Below the pieces are notes generated by a model. The model had not been told where the DNA came from. It saw nothing but the letters and a program-made list of their open reading frames with translations, and did not search any database. Shown here in pieces: positions 43,092-61,243 of a stretch of DNA of 64,000 nucleotides (position 1 is the first letter of the stretch; the number at the start of each line of letters is the position of its first letter). The translations under genes and the position numbers were made by a program. Origin of the DNA: the human T2T-CHM13v2.0 reference genome, Homo sapiens; NCBI RefSeq assembly GCF_009914755.1, contig NC_060932.1; one strand, given 5' to 3'.

Positions 43092-44291
43092 CTGAACATG
43101 AAAACAAAGGCACAGAAGTTACTCCTGCCATGCAGAGGTCACCCAAGTAAGAATGAGCCAGTTAGAACAACCCAACTGGATTTTGCCGAATGAGCTTGAT
43201 GCCTGTCTTAGGTGACCTGGGGCACTGGCTTCTTTCCTGTACCCACAAGCCCTTGAGAGCCACCAAGATGGGTAACACAGCCAGCAGCTGCCTCAGTCAG
43301 CCCCTCACATGTCAAACACCCCCTTTTCGTGACTTGTACCATTTGGGACCTTGCTTATAATTTTTCCACATATTAGTCTGGAAAAATCATAAGTAATTGC
43401 TTATTAAGGAAAGACTGGGAGCAGGGTACGGGACATGGGAGGCCATGATGGTTGGTGACTGTAACGTACTCCTGGGAGGAGAATTAGACCTACCTGCACC
43501 AACTGTGTCACCACCTTGCCTTATACCAATAGTGCTTTTCTCACTGTGATCATCAGAAGTGTTTATAAGGTTTTGGGAGGAAGCAAAAGTTTTGATCTTT
43601 TAACCTATGAACACAGAGGGAATTGGGAGTATAAAGTCCCAGCTCTGCTCTGAGTATCTGGGTGGTCTTGGGAATATCAGTGACCCCCCTCTGGACCTCA
43701 AATCACAGAGGGGACTAGATGTTCACTGAGGTCCCTGACGGTCATAGAAATTCTTTCATATTGCCTGTATCCTAGTTATTTTAGCAAATGCCTGTGCAGA
43801 GAGAAAATATACATAAAAGGGCTTTATAAAGTACCATACAAATGTAGTTATTACAATGTCTTGTCCCCTCCCACATCACACTGAGCAGGCACTGAAAACT
43901 TCTACTATATTTAGTGATTAGCGCTTCCAGGACTGAAATTTAACTGAGTTGAAGTCCAAAGAGATCTTAGAACAAAAGGGAGACCTTGCCCTGAGGCAAA
44001 ACCCAGGGCAATATAATAATATGGTTGAGATGGGCATGTCAATCTTTATAAAGCACTTTTACATACATAATCTCATTGAACGACTAGAGGGTCCACCTAG
44101 TGACTTTTGCTTCTTTCTCTCTCTGTTCTAAACTCTGATGGTTGGCTAAATAATAGACTAATAGCTGCCATCTCCCACATCCAAGAAGACTCTCATGATC
44201 CGAAGTAATTTCCCTCCCTACCATATCCCTCCCTGCGCTATCAGGAAGGGATAAGGTTCAGTATAACTTAGTAAATGAATGGGATGCTCAC

Positions 44292-44341
44292 CTCTTTAGT
44301 ACTTCCTTTGTGAACATAGATCCATTTTTCTTGGTGGAAAT
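44292..44341 (-). CDS. FBXO32: FBXO32 exon 3 (50 nt; YFHQEKWIYVHKGSTKE)
   Basis: Acceptor TAG|A, donor GAG|GTGAG; hand translation. Confidence 0.97.
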
Positions 44342-44601
44342 CTACAGAGACAAAAAGAATACACAGCTTTAACATCTGCAACATGCTCAAGATTTAAGAC
44401 ATTTCATTTCATTTATTCCAAAGTTTTAAAAGTTTTGACAAAAAAGATAAGGAGTCTACTGACAACTGAAGAAGTTTCAAGTGCTTAATTTCTGCAGTGT
44501 AGAAATACTGGGGCTATAAGTTGCTTTGTCTGAAGCACTCTAAATCTTTGAGAGCCAGATTTCATATACCAAAGCTCCAAACTACTATATTTTTTTTTCT
44601 A

Positions 44602-45240
<639 letters not shown>

Positions 45241-45803
45241 CCCCTAATACTCAAGTACAAGTTTATTTTAAATGCCAAACCTGAAACTTACATAAGTCCA
45301 TGAAAATCAAACAGATAACATGAGGAAAACATGCATTACAGATAAAATAACCTGTAATTCCTGCTATTAATACCACTTTATATTCTCTGCTGATACTTAT
45401 ATATAGTATCTAGAAATGTTAATAAGATTTATACAAGGAAAGAGGGAGAAAAATCTGTTTTCAAAGCCTCAAAACAGTTCAAAATAAAAGTACATACTGG
45501 AACTGATTCAGCTGACCACATCACTGTAAAATAACCTATGTCAAATACGAATGACTAGCAGGAAAAAAAGGCCCTCAACTAGCAACTGACTTACAAACAA
45601 GACTATAAAGAACATGTTAATCTTGCTTGTAAAATGCACAGCCAGGTTTCTGAGTGCTGAGATCTCAGTAACCTCTGTCAGTGACACACAGTAAAACACT
45701 GAGGCAGATGTGTGACATGGGAGGTGTTATTTTTTTTCATCCAAGAACCAATCATAACTATCTTCAAACAGCTTTTTTCTGAAGTTCAAAACAAATGGCT
45801 TAC

Positions 45804-45916
45804 ACTGAGTTTTGGTTTTGCTATTCAGCATGTCCTTCTTTCTCTTCTTGGCTGCAACATCATAGTTCAGGCTGTTGAAAAGATTCTCCTTATTGTATAC
45901 CTCCTTGTTGCAGTAA
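45804..45916 (-). CDS. FBXO32: FBXO32 exon 2 (113 nt; [13 protein letters not shown]...KKRKK...KTKTQ; basic NLS)
   Basis: Acceptor TAG|T, donor T|GTAAG; phase continuous with exons 1 and 3; partly visible in ORF 45727..45963. Confidence 0.97.
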
Positions 45917-48900
45917 CTATGAATAACAGAAGACAAAGAGGATGAGCTGTAACAGCTATACATGAACCTGAGCTGTTTCTATAAATAACTCACTGAGTTA
46001 TAAGACAAACAAACATACAGGCTTCTCAAACAAAATAAAACAATAAAATGATCACTCAAAGAAAAAAGAGTCTATACAGTCACAGGCTTCTCCTTTAGGA
46101 TGAAACATGTTCACATCTGTGGGGAAGGCAGGGATGGGAGCTTCTACTTCTTTTGAATTCCCTAACAGTGCCTTGCATTGTAATTTGACACACAGCACTG
46201 TACTCTTCAACTAAGAGCAATGCAGAGTATTACCATATTACTTTAAACAAAAATGACGAATGGGGGGAGGGGTGATTACTGGTATCGCTGTACTACACAA
46301 TGCCTTCATTTTGCAAAAGTATCTACCCCAAGCTGCTGCTGCTTCTTTAGAAAAAAAAAAAGTTTCATTGAGATAAACTTCACATACCATACAATTCATC
46401 CATTTAAAGTATACTTAAGCTGCTTTTAAGTAGCATCCTTCTAACATGTCTTTAAAACACAATCACGTTTACAAAAATCTGACTTATAAACTCCATTTCT
46501 AGGAGATGCTTTGGGTGTAGTGCCAGTTGCTTAGGTTTTATGTAGTGCCTTGACTAAAACACACTAGGCATCATGCTGTGAGGTGAAGACCTTGGGTCTT
46601 GACTATACAAGGTAAACTTATAATTGATAAATTTATAAGGGCTGAACAGACATTGGATGTACCTGCCTAATTCACAGGTCACTGAAGGATGGGCAGGCTC
46701 ATCTCGGGCCAGACGCTTATTTGCCTCAGTGGGCTGAGCAATCATTTGAGGGGTAATGAACTATTCTACTATACAATGTAACTTCAAAGTAAATCTCTGA
46801 ATAATTTCCACAGAAGGAATGCAGGAGAAATACTGAGGTATGATAAGATAGGTTCCCTAACTCCCTCAACCCCCACAAAGTATGTAAAACAGGATTTATA
46901 ATGCCAACTGGTAAAACATAAATTAGGGGTTTTTTTTTTTTTTGCTATACCACCGATATTTTATACTCCTTTAATGTTCTGAGTTTCTCTGCTGAATTTA
47001 AAATGTAACTTGATTTACATCTTTTTCAGATATACATCTGTTGGGTACAATTATGTACATCTGCACTTCTCTATTTCCTTGGCATTGTGTAAATGGTAGA
47101 AGAGAAAAGATTTGAAGCAACTTCTAGTATCTTTTTGTTATTAATACAATAGTCTCTCAAGTAGCACTTCGGTTAGTATAAGTATCTTGCTAATATGCTT
47201 ACATGTGACATCTCCAACAATATACTCAGTGTTGCTTTTCTGGACCCTTAAGGACAAACATGATAAATAATCATTTGTTAATCTTCCTTCATAAGGCCGT
47301 GCTTAATACCATTTATTGAGTTTCCTACTAAACTCAATAGCTTTCTCCTTTTCATTCAGGGAAACAGGATATTTTTAGGTTTCAGATAGAGTCCTGCAGA
47401 AATGTCCTCTCAGAGGCACCTTCAAAAGCAAGCCAAGGATGAGTATTTTGGGCCAGGCTTTGTACAACACATGAGTGTGTTTCTGTCTATTTGCATGACT
47501 ATAGGGGTACAGAATCACTGACCAGCTGATTATCTGCTCCAAGGTCAGAAGGAAAAGAGGGACAGAACAAAGAACAGAACTGAATTCCTGAGGCTAACTT
47601 AAGACATTTCAATCAACGTTGAGAAAAACAGCAAACGATGGAAGGTCATTTGAGTGGTCCATGATGTACCACAGCTGAGAACAGCTTTAGAAAGCAAAGC
47701 TAGAACATTTTGTGTGCAAAAATACCACATGAAGGCTTACTTAGAAAGAACACACACAACCCCCACAAACAACAAAAACCTACAGTATAAATTCCACATG
47801 TAGAGAATCATAAAATGAGGTTGTCTTATTCTCAACATTTAAGGTTCAGTAGCAGATTTTCTGAGCCTGGGCCATAGATTGTGATCATTACTTAGCAAGT
47901 TCAAATATTTAGATTTCATCTTACTCTTTTCCAATTGAAAACGTTCTTTAAAGGAATTGGAGCACTCACTTTCCTCAGAAGCTACAATAACCTGCTTTAA
48001 GCCTGAGTGACTCATTTCAAAAGCTAGTTTAGAAAGAATTTTACATAATTGATGATGTTCTCTCACCGTAGAATGTAGAAAAGTTTTAACCAAAGAGAAA
48101 CCCTATATTTTCACTTGGTATTAGGTTTTAGATTCCGGAGGAAGGGCCTGGAAAGAAGGGCTATGGGGTTTATTTGTGTTGCCTACTTATAAGTTTTCTT
48201 TTAAGCAATAATATATTCAGTTAGAGGCTATTTTGAGAGTTCAATCGTGTCCTTTTCAAGAAAATGCAAAGCCAATGGAAAATTACAACTGAAATTTTTA
48301 ACAAGAAAAACCACCACCATTTAGGAATTGGAGCACAGGATTTTTTTTTTTTTAATAAGCAAAACCATCTCAACGAGGCTGCTTTCTTCACTAAATTCAA
48401 TAATAGCCAGCAAGTCGCTATTTTGTAGTCACTATTTACTAATCTTGATTTTTATAGGCACAGGCCTAGAATAAGAAAAAGATCCACTGCACAGCCCCAC
48501 ATTACCACATACCAAGATACTTTAAGGCAACTTTTTAAAAATGTAGAAAAAATTCAAAATCAGACCATAAATAAGTCTGTTTTGGCAGCAGATAAAGAAG
48601 GGAATGAAAAAAAAAATAAAGCCCTATTTCTCATTTCATTTGCAATAAAAACCATTTAAGAAAGCTGTGACGTGCCCCCAGAGGTTTAATTGTAGTTATA
48701 TAGCCTGATTAAAGCCAGTAGAGATTTCTACACCAATTTACTGACGCATTTCTAGATCGCCACACTCACAAGGCTAGCACCCGGAATGCTCTGGTGAAAC
48801 AAACAGCCTAGTGTATAACGCTCATAGAACAGTGCCTTGCACACAGTAAGCACTCATAAAATCTTAACTATTATTTTTATCCAGTCACCAAGGTAAACTT

Positions 48901-50109
48901 CCTGCTTCCGGGTCCAGCCTCAGCCATACAGTAAAGTAACATTTGAGTCAGTCTTCAATGACAGAAGTGTAGGCTTAGAAAAGAGTGGCAGAGGCTCAGA
49001 CAGCTTAGGTTACTCATCCTGGGGGTGGGCGGTGAGGGGGTGGTTGCTGAGGAGGGCTGTGCGGGTGCCTGAACCACCACTTCCTTGAAGCATTCTTGGA
49101 TCATCCCAATTCACGCCAAGCTCTTTCCTTGCATTTTAAATCTGCCCCAGCATATTTAACACTTGCCATTCCCCTTCTATTTTATATAATTTCAACATTT
49201 TTGAGAAGGGGTCCTGCTTTAAGCTTATCTTAAATCCTCCCATGATCTCACTCCTGGACACATGGCTGGGACTGGATTTGTAACATTCTACACTGGAGAA
49301 GGTTGGAGTCCTAGACCACAGAGAAGATGGCCAGCTGAGTCCAGAATAGGTGTGCTGTGTGGACAAGACTTGGTCAACACGAAACAATAACCCCAGGCTG
49401 AAAACCACCAAATGCATCCTTCATCCCGGGCTCTTGTTTGGGCTGTTTGCAGAATGGTCTGTGGAATTAGAGAAGTCAGTCTACCATGTCTCTGTAGTTC
49501 TCTGTTTCACGGTCCCTCCCCGCTTAAGGGCCTGCCTTTTGTTTTCTCATAACAGGAGAGGCATTCAGCTTCACCTGTGCAGGCAGGCACGCAGTCCAAA
49601 CCTGACATCACGGGGAAACATCACCAAGACCAAAAACAGTGAGGATATTTGAGATGACAAACCCAGACCACAGAAGGCCAACTGCTTTTAAGAAGTTGCA
49701 GGCTTCTCATGCTAAGCAGGGAAGGGATTGTTTACAGTTGCTGGAAAAAAAAATACCCTGCAAACAAACAGCCAGCTGCTTTGCTAGGAGGCTACCAAAT
49801 GATTCCTAAACGCTGACTCAAAGGACCACAGGTGGTCAGTATATCAATGACTATTTGCGGTAATGATGATGGATGTGACAGCTCCAGCTCAGGTGTGAAA
49901 TGGGAAGAAAAAGAGGCTCATGAACAGGACACGGGAGGGGGGCTGTGCAGGAAACCACCTGATTCCAGCCCAGTCTAAACTTTTGTGGTAAGTTAAGACC
50001 ATCTTCAGGTCTTCCATACTGTGAAGACAGAGATACCACTATTTCTAAAGGAGAGTGACACCAGTTTCTCTCCTGATGCCGGTATAGGGTATTTTAAAAC
50101 AAATTTTAA

Positions 50110-50240
50110 ATTTTTATTTATTTTTAGAGACAGGGTCTCGCTCTGTGGCCCAGGCTGGAGCGCAGTGGCACAGTCATGACTCGCTGCAGCCTTGAACTTC
50201 TGAGCACAAGCCATCCTCCCACCTCAGCCTCCCGAGTAGG
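50110..50240 (-). mobile_element. Partial Alu (J/FLAM-type monomer)
   Basis: Single arm only. Confidence 0.8.
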
Positions 50241-51700
50241 GTAAGTATTAATACGACCCTACATTTTAAATCTTCTGCTGAACTCAATCATCTGTTCTCC
50301 ACTGAGGAGCATCCTGCAATTATATTTGGGTGAGCAGCTCTAACATGACTCTTCAGACCCTTTCGGCACTTTTCTAGAAAGAACCTGAACTTGTATACAG
50401 AAATAAAGTACCAACATATTAGATCATTGTCCTTAGGAACAAGGAGGAAGGAAGGAAGGTTCCCATTTTGTTGAGGGAGAATAATTTAGGCATAATTGGT
50501 AACTCCAGTCGATAAAAGACATAGTCTGTCAATAGCAGTTGGTCTTACTTTCCCGTAAATAAATTACTTGATTTTACGTAAATAAGATTTCCTTATGGTG
50601 GTCCCTAAACTCCCCTGGGACAGCCTCCAAGTAACTCCAACGTAAATGGTTATATGCTGGTGGTTAATACGCTCAAGTCTCTCCGGACAGACCCCCAGAA
50701 TTAAATAATGTCTTTCTTTACATTGTGAGACAATGGGAATTTGATGCATTACAAATCACAAACAAATGGGAGGCACGGGAGTTCAAGTTGCCAAAATAAC
50801 CACATTTTCTTGATAGTTTTCTCAAAATTTATTGCCAATGCTTCATCCAAGCAACGACTGGTAAATCTCAGTAAGCGGGAACCTGGCCCAGAAACAGAAT
50901 TCTCCATTGAAGTCAATTTAAGGGTGCAGGGGCCCATGGTTTTAACCAAAGGTGGCAGGAAAAGGCTCCCAAGGGTGACTCTGGCTGCACCAGTCCATTC
51001 TGGAATCACTTTCATCGCCCCCGCTCACCGGGCTAAATGCTGAGAGTCTCTGAAAGTCAACTGTCGAGGTCAGGGGCTGAGAAATTCCAGGCTACCTTGC
51101 GTACTAGCCGGCGCTGGCATCGTTAGCCAAGCTGAGCAGGGAGCGCAGCGGACCTCAGGTTTCCCGCCAGACCACAGAGCTCAGGTGAGGCCTCGAATCC
51201 AGAGGCTCACCGGGGCCAGGCAGGCTTTTCGCAGCTGACAGGCACCCCTGGAAACGGAGTGCACTCTATACAAAGCAGACCGACCGAGAGGGCCACCGAG
51301 GAAACAGGTGCAAGAGCCCTGTCCTCCCAGAAGCAGAGCTCTTGTGGGATTCATCCCCTGCCCCCTTCCCTCCTTTGCACCTCTGCAGCCCCAAGCCTCC
51401 ACCGCTCGCAAGTCCGCCCAGTAAGCGGCTGCCCCAGGGACCATCTGGCCGTCCCTTCCTGGTTACTCATCCTCCCGGCCACTTCGTGGTTGCCCGTGCC
51501 TGGGCAGGGCCTGGAAGCGCTCCAGGCGGGACCTTCGTCGGATCCCGTCACCTGTCGCGTCCACAGCGCTTGGGCGCTGGGAGCCGGGCCACCCCGCGGT
51601 GAAGGGGCTCAGCCCACCCGCCCGCGCCCCCACATGGGCAAAGTGCGCGACTCCGGTGTCCTTAAAGCAGGGACCACTAAAGCTGTGTGATTAAGTTTGA

Positions 51701-51802
<102 letters not shown>

Positions 51803-51866
51803 TAAGAGAAACCGAATTCCCTGTCTCCGGTGGTCCGAAGACCTCTGCAGAAATCGGGCCCCGTAG

Positions 51867-52133
<267 letters not shown>

Positions 52134-52136
52134 TAG

Positions 52137-52445
<309 letters not shown>

Positions 52446-53774
52446 GAGGCGCCTGCGGCTCACGCTCCCCTCCCGGTTGCACAACCGCGCCGGTGGAAAC
52501 TTGAAGCGGTGCTGCCAGGCCGGGTACCCCGCCGCCCCTGGCACCTCCGCGCGCCCTCCCCGCCCCCAGGACACCGTTGTCCCAGAGCGAGGCCCGGCGC
52601 TTGGAAAGATGCGCCCCGGTCTCCTGCAGCTCCCGGGCTGACGGGGTGCAGGGAGGGGGCCGGAGGGGCGTCTGGGTCCCTGCGGGGTGGGCGTGAGGAG
52701 CAGGGCCAGCCCCCCTCCTGCCCCCGAGCTATCAGGATCGACCTCCGCAGCCAGATCAGCCTCCCGGGCCGTCCGCAGAGCTGGGGCCGGCACCGCGCCG
52801 CCGGGCGGGGAGTAGGGGGCGCAGCCTCCTGACCTCGCTCACTGCCCCAACCCCGCCCTAGCGCGCGGGGGTTGGAGCGGGGAGGAGGGACAGCCTCCCA
52901 GCCCTCCGGGCCCCTTAGCTGTCACTAACCAGTCCTCCTTCAGACCTGCCCCTGGGGCAGCAAAGGAGGGGAAGGAGAGGAAGCCCTGGGAGGTATCTGG
53001 CTCCCGCAGGTTGGGAGTGGAGAAAAAGAACAGCGCCCCTATCCTACCCGAACCCTCTAAGAGACGGGTTAAATGATGTACCCAGGGCCAATGCTACAGT
53101 ACAATCTGAAACTACCCTGTTTGCTTTTACTTTTTGCTGTTGTTACAACAATCTACCCCTGTCTGCAGTGGGAACTCCATGAGAGCTGGTCTGTCTTGTT
53201 CCGGAGGCATTTCAGCCCCTGCACCCTGCCAGGCCCAGTGCAGGCCTTCAACAACTATTTGTGTGAATAAGTGAATGGATACGGGAGGCTGCTGGCATGA
53301 GGGTGGCTTCTTGCCCTTCATCACCTCTAGTTATGATGCTTTACAGCCTGGTCTATTTGGCAATTAGTTTGCACAGGACAGCAGCAGCAGAGTAAAAATC
53401 CCATACTCAAGCATTAGCTTCAAACTTCATTCTTCCATTCTTCTTTCTCTGCAGCCATCAATATCATCTAGTCCACTGACTCGGTGTAATCTTTAAGGCT
53501 CAGGCAAAGAAATTGTGTGTGCCCTATGAGGCTACATGTTGGACTGGGAAGACGTTTTTAATAAAGTTTGTTTTCAAGAAGCCAGAGCTTTCTGATTTAG
53601 ATTTCCCACCGTAAATAATTTATTAGTGTAGTAATAGTAAAAAAAAAGCTTGTAAAAACATTGAAGAAGTCCCAAACAAATGTTAAACACTGTGATGGTG
53701 CTAACAAATGAGGCAGTGTTGGGTCTGGTCTCTGTTGGAGGGAATTGGTATCTGCATAATTAAGGGATGTGATT

Positions 53775-54110
<336 letters not shown>

Positions 54111-54302
54111 TAGTAAGCTGGCTACATACCTGTAGAGACCACAGAGGGCCAGAAGGTAGAAGTTTTGAATTCTAATTCTGCTGGAGCAGCATACTACCTG
54201 TCCTCCCTTGGATGAATGACTTAAACTCTTAGGGCCCCATTTACTTAACTGTCAAGAAAAAATGGAGCCAATAATGCCTACCTTTCAGGATGGTTTAAAA
54301 GC

Positions 54303-54724
54303 TGTGGTAGATTGAATTATTAGTACCCATTCTTCCCTCCTTTCCCGTAGCGTCATGTGCCCACACTTTTTGGTGATGTGTATTTTTCTAATTCTTGACA
54401 ATGGGCTTGGCCATATGACTGGCTTTAGCCAAGGGGTTGCTGATGGATGTGATGTGAGCAGAGGATCTGATGTATGTACTTGCCTGGTTGGTCTTGATGT
54501 TTTGTGTGTTCACCTGCTCCATGAAAAGAGCATACCCTGTGTAGCCACTGCTCCTGGAGTGGTTTGAGTGACATCCGTGTGTCCCAGGATGTGACACATG
54601 GAGCAGACACTCCCGTTGACCTCACAGATGTGTTAGCAAGAAATAAATGTGTCTTGTTGATGCCACTGAGATTTTTGTGATTTACTGTTACACAACATTA
54701 TTGTGTCGATAGCTGACTACTATA
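54303..54724 (+). mobile_element. Old MLT1 (H/I/J-like) MaLR LTR
   Basis: 'gggcttggccatatgactggctttagccaa', 'aaataaatg..gccactgagattt..tgttacacaacattattgtg..atagctgac'. Confidence 0.65.
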
Positions 54725-54989
54725 AAGGGTTGAGTGGCTCAAAGTTGGTGAAAGTTTCTTTAACTTCTAAAATTCAAGCACAAATAGGAAATTACAATTA
54801 TTTTTGTCCTTGTCTTTTTGTCTAATAACTAATCTTAGGAAGCCTCAGTGTTTGTCTCTAGTCCTTCCGCTTTCTGTTCCTTAAAACAAACAAACAGAAT
54901 TGTTGCTATCATATCTTAATGCAGGCTTCTTCTGAAGTGTGATTGACTATTTCAGATTTCTCTTACCATAAAAAAATCTAATTTGAGAC

Positions 54990-55290
54990 TTCTTTTTTTT
55001 TTTTGAAACAGAGTCTTGCTCTATCACCCAGGCTAGAGTGTACCGGTGCAATCATGGCTCACTGCAGCCTTGAACTCTTGAGCTCAAGTGATTCTCCTGC
55101 CTCAGCCTCCTGAGCAGCTAAGACAACAGGCGTGCACCACCATGCCTGGTTGATTAAAACATTTTTTTTTTGGAGAGATGGGGTCTTGCTATGTTGCTCG
55201 GGCTGGTCTCAAACTCTGGCCTCAAGTGATCCTCCCGCCTTGGCCTCCCAAACTACTAGGAGTACAGGCATGAGCCACCATGCTCAGCTG
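54990..55290 (-). mobile_element. Alu (J-type)
   Basis: Diverged reverse-complement Alu. Confidence 0.9.
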
Positions 55291-55832
55291 ACACTTATTT
55301 AAACATGGTTTCTACTGGGAAGTTTTGTAATGCTGGACCCCTCAAGATAAAGAACTTGCTAGGCTATGTCCAGAACAGTTACCTTCAAATCAGATGGGGG
55401 CTTGAACTTTGTAAAGACTCTGTGATTGTAAGCCCTATCATAGCTGAGCATTTGAGAATCACCAAAAGCAAAATATCAATGTTATAGCTTCAGGCTGAAG
55501 ACATAGAGACAGATAGATACTCAGAGAATTTCACAAGGCACAGCACAGACTGGTCAGGACCCCATGTAGCCTAATGGTGTGTGCAGTGTACATGATGTAT
55601 GTACCATGGCTGTGTGTTTCATTGCTTAGACACTTAGCTACTGCCTTTCCTGCACTGTTTTGTATAACACATTACCCAGATTACATACTGGGTGTTTGAT
55701 TTTTTGTGTTTTCTTCTCCTGTCTAGGACTGTGAGCTCCTTGATGGCAGGGCTGTGTCTTAGGAGTTTAGTGCCACAGTGTCTAATAAGGTTCTTGGTAC
55801 ACGGTACATTTACATCAACAAATCAACAAATG

Positions 55833-56169
<337 letters not shown>

Positions 56170-56744
56170 TTATTCCCATGTCTTTACCTGTTGACATTTT
56201 ATTACTTCTAGGGACATAGCAGGGTGGAGCAAAGGGAGGGTTGGCAGCCCCCAGTCCTACCTCGTATAGCTGCATTCTCCAATAGTGATGCTTTATGGGT
56301 TAGTGAGGCAGATGGGGAAGGTAGTCAAAAGGTGGTATCTTAGAAAAAATATGTTTTAATGTCCTATTCCATTGATGATAGATGCCTGCCATGCTGAGGA
56401 CAGTGTGCCAGTCACTTCACAAACACAATCCTGTTACATACTCCTCATAAACCTGTGGGCTAGGAATTGCTATTCCCATTTTATAGATGAGGAAACTTCA
56501 GCTCAGAAAAGTTGAATAGCCTGCGTGAGATCACCTAGCAAATGTGGTGGGACTCCAACTGGTACCCAGGCTTATCTCTAACCCTGACTAGAGCCAGACT
56601 CACTGGGTTCAAATCACATTCCCCACCTAAAAAGCTGTGTGATCTTGGGCAAGTTACTTAACATCTCTGTACCATACTTCCTTTATTTGTAAAATGGAAA
56701 TAATGATAGTACCTACCTCAAAGGGTGTTTTGAGGATTTATTGA

Positions 56745-57672
<928 letters not shown>

Positions 57673-58888
57673 AGAAGACTGTATTTTCAAAGGTACACAC
57701 AACATAAATTTAGCCCGTCCACTTCCTCATAAGACTGTTTACAGAAATTGTTTGTAGAAAGGACTGTGAAAAAAACATTTTGTTGCTTCTAAACCAAAAT
57801 GACATTCGTTTATAGCTTTGGCTGAGGGACTGACTACTTCTCACTGAAGTGCAATGATATTTTGTTTTTTCATAGTTTCTCTTTCTGAAAGGGTTTTTTT
57901 TTTTTGGTGAAAAATACTTATCAGCAGTAGTTGTAAGTTAAAAATAACTTTAGCTTGTCGGGTAGGGCAGGAGCAGAAATCAACTAAATCTGTTGAAGTT
58001 AGAGGGAATTTTATAAAGGAGGAGCTAGAGGAATTCAGTGTATTAAATTCAACCTGTTAGTGTGGTCACAAGGAATGTATGTTTAATGTCACAACAATTT
58101 GCATATGACCTTAAACCCCATCTGTCTAGGGTGGGGCATCCCTGAAACAGTGTGAAATACGTCTGTTAGGTGTGTGAGCAGGAATGGCCAGCTGTGTGTT
58201 ATTTTTGGGTCTCTGGCTGCCGCAAGTCCTGCCAACTAAATTAAAGGCGGTCAGACATATGTCATTGAAAATATGCTCATTACTTTAATGAGAATCATTT
58301 GGCATTCCTCAAATGTGGGCCTGGTTCTCTTTCTGAGAGAGGGTCAAGGGGATTTTGTAATCCTCCTCCCTTTGTAGGCCAATTGCTCAGTTTTAATGAA
58401 AGTTCTTTTTTTTCTCTTAATAAATAGCAAAAAGAATTTGAAGACAAGGCTGCTAACTTTTGTGTAATATAAGGAAATGAATGAAACCACAACATTCCCA
58501 TCAATAGGCCAAATTTCTAGTGTATCTTTACAAAAAGAATTTAAAGTGAGGATGTTAAATTTGTTACCGTCGATTTGTAGGTTAAATTTGTTATGGATGC
58601 AAAGCTTTCAATACAATATTAGTGCCTGAAATTGGTTAAAACCAGCCTATCAATAATCCTTCAAACGGTATCTTGGATGACTGAGTGTCAAATTTTAGTT
58701 CTGAGATTTTTCATATGCAAAAATAGCTTGGACTGAAATTTGTCTAGATATGTGTCTGGTGGTTTACTTATATCAACAGTGTTCATATAACTTTGCAAGG
58801 TAGATATTTTTATTCCCATTTTACAGATGAAGAGACTGAGGCTCAGATGTGTTAACTTACTCATAGGTCTGCTTAAAAATCTAACAGG

Positions 58889-59050
58889 AGCTGAGTACAG
58901 TGGCTCATGCCTGTAGTCTCAGCGACTTGAGAGGCTGGGGCAGGAAGATCGCTTGACCAACCAGGAGTTTGAGACTAACCTGGGCAACATAGCGAGACTC
59001 TGTCTTAAAAACAAAAACAAAATTAAAAAAACCCAGAATAGATCTTAGAG
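58889..59050 (+). mobile_element. FLAM/Alu monomer
   Basis: Single arm followed by an A-rich tail. Confidence 0.8.
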
Positions 59051-59679
59051 GTGACCTAGTCCAATCCTCCTTTACCCATGAGAAAGCTAAGGCTCACAGA
59101 AGAGAGACTCACTGAGGTACACAGAGCTACCTGGTAGCAGCAGAATTGGGCACCATGAGACCAAACCAGCAGGGACAGAATATTCCATTACACTTACTGT
59201 TCTGACCAATGTCCCTGAGAAATGTAATTTTGAAGTAAAATTCAAATAATCTGATTTACACATTCCAGTAACTGAATTTTTTCAGGACTTCTCATCTAAT
59301 GAGTTTAGTCCAAAGAACACAAGAAAAACAATAACAGGTACTTAAGCCCCGAAAGCGATTACTCTTCAAAGTCAACCAGAATCCTAGAGAAACAACAGAT
59401 TTGAAAATCAGGCACCCTGGAAGTCCTTACCTGACCACCAGATTAAATGCAGATCTGCTGCTGCTTATTCTGGGACACGTTTGTTTCATCACTGCATGTT
59501 TTGACTGGTTGACTCTAGTGATTGGAGAAGCGTTTTCTGAGTCATTTAAGTGTGTTTCCTTGTATGAGTCAGCTCTTGATTTGTTGAATTCTGGAGAAGT
59601 CATGTAACCTGTTTGGTGTTCTGTTTTCACATTTATACACACACACATTATAAAGATGGTTGTGGTTGTATGGTTCTTA

Positions 59680-59978
59680 TTTTTTTGAGACAGAGTCTTG
59701 CTCTGTCACCCAGGCTAGAGAGCAGTGGTGCGATCTTTGTTCACCGCAACCTCTGCCTCCTGGGCTCAAGTGATCTTCCCACCTCAGCCTCCCAAGTAGC
59801 TGGGACTACAGGTGTGCACCACCATGTCCAGTTAATTTTTTTTTCTTTTTTTTTTTTTTGTAGAGACAGGGTTTTGCCATGATGCCCAGGCTGGTCTCGA
59901 ACTCTTCCGCTCAAGCGATCTGCCCAACTGTGCCTCCCAAAGTGCTGGGATTACAGGCGTAAGCCACCATGCCCAGCC
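59680..59978 (-). mobile_element. Alu (J-type)
   Basis: Reverse-complement Alu. Confidence 0.9.
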
Positions 59979-60306
59979 ATGTTGTATGGATCTTTGACAT
60001 TATTGATTGAAGGATGATCATTAACAGCAATGACAATTTTTCATAAGGAAATAGAAAAACACAATTCCTCCTATCCTTTTTCTGGGGTGGTTTGTCTATT
60101 TCTGCCTGTTGTGTCTACAATTTTTTCACAGAAAGCAAAAGTCTGCAGTTGTAGTCTGCTCAACTTTTCACCTCTCCAGTTTTTTCCAAGTGATACTCCC
60201 AGTTCTAGAGCAATCTATAGCTGTTTATATGAGGTGCCCAACACCCACTCATCTCAAGTACTTCAGTCTTTGGTTTATTTCATGCACTGTGCCTTCAAAA
60301 TTAATA

Positions 60307-61215
<909 letters not shown>

Positions 61216-61243
61216 AAAAATGAAATTTTTAAAAGGGACTTTA

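Noticed and set aside
47702-47716. Glucocorticoid response element AGAACAtttTGTGTG
   Set aside because: The second half-site lacks the conserved C; too weak to call from sequence alone.
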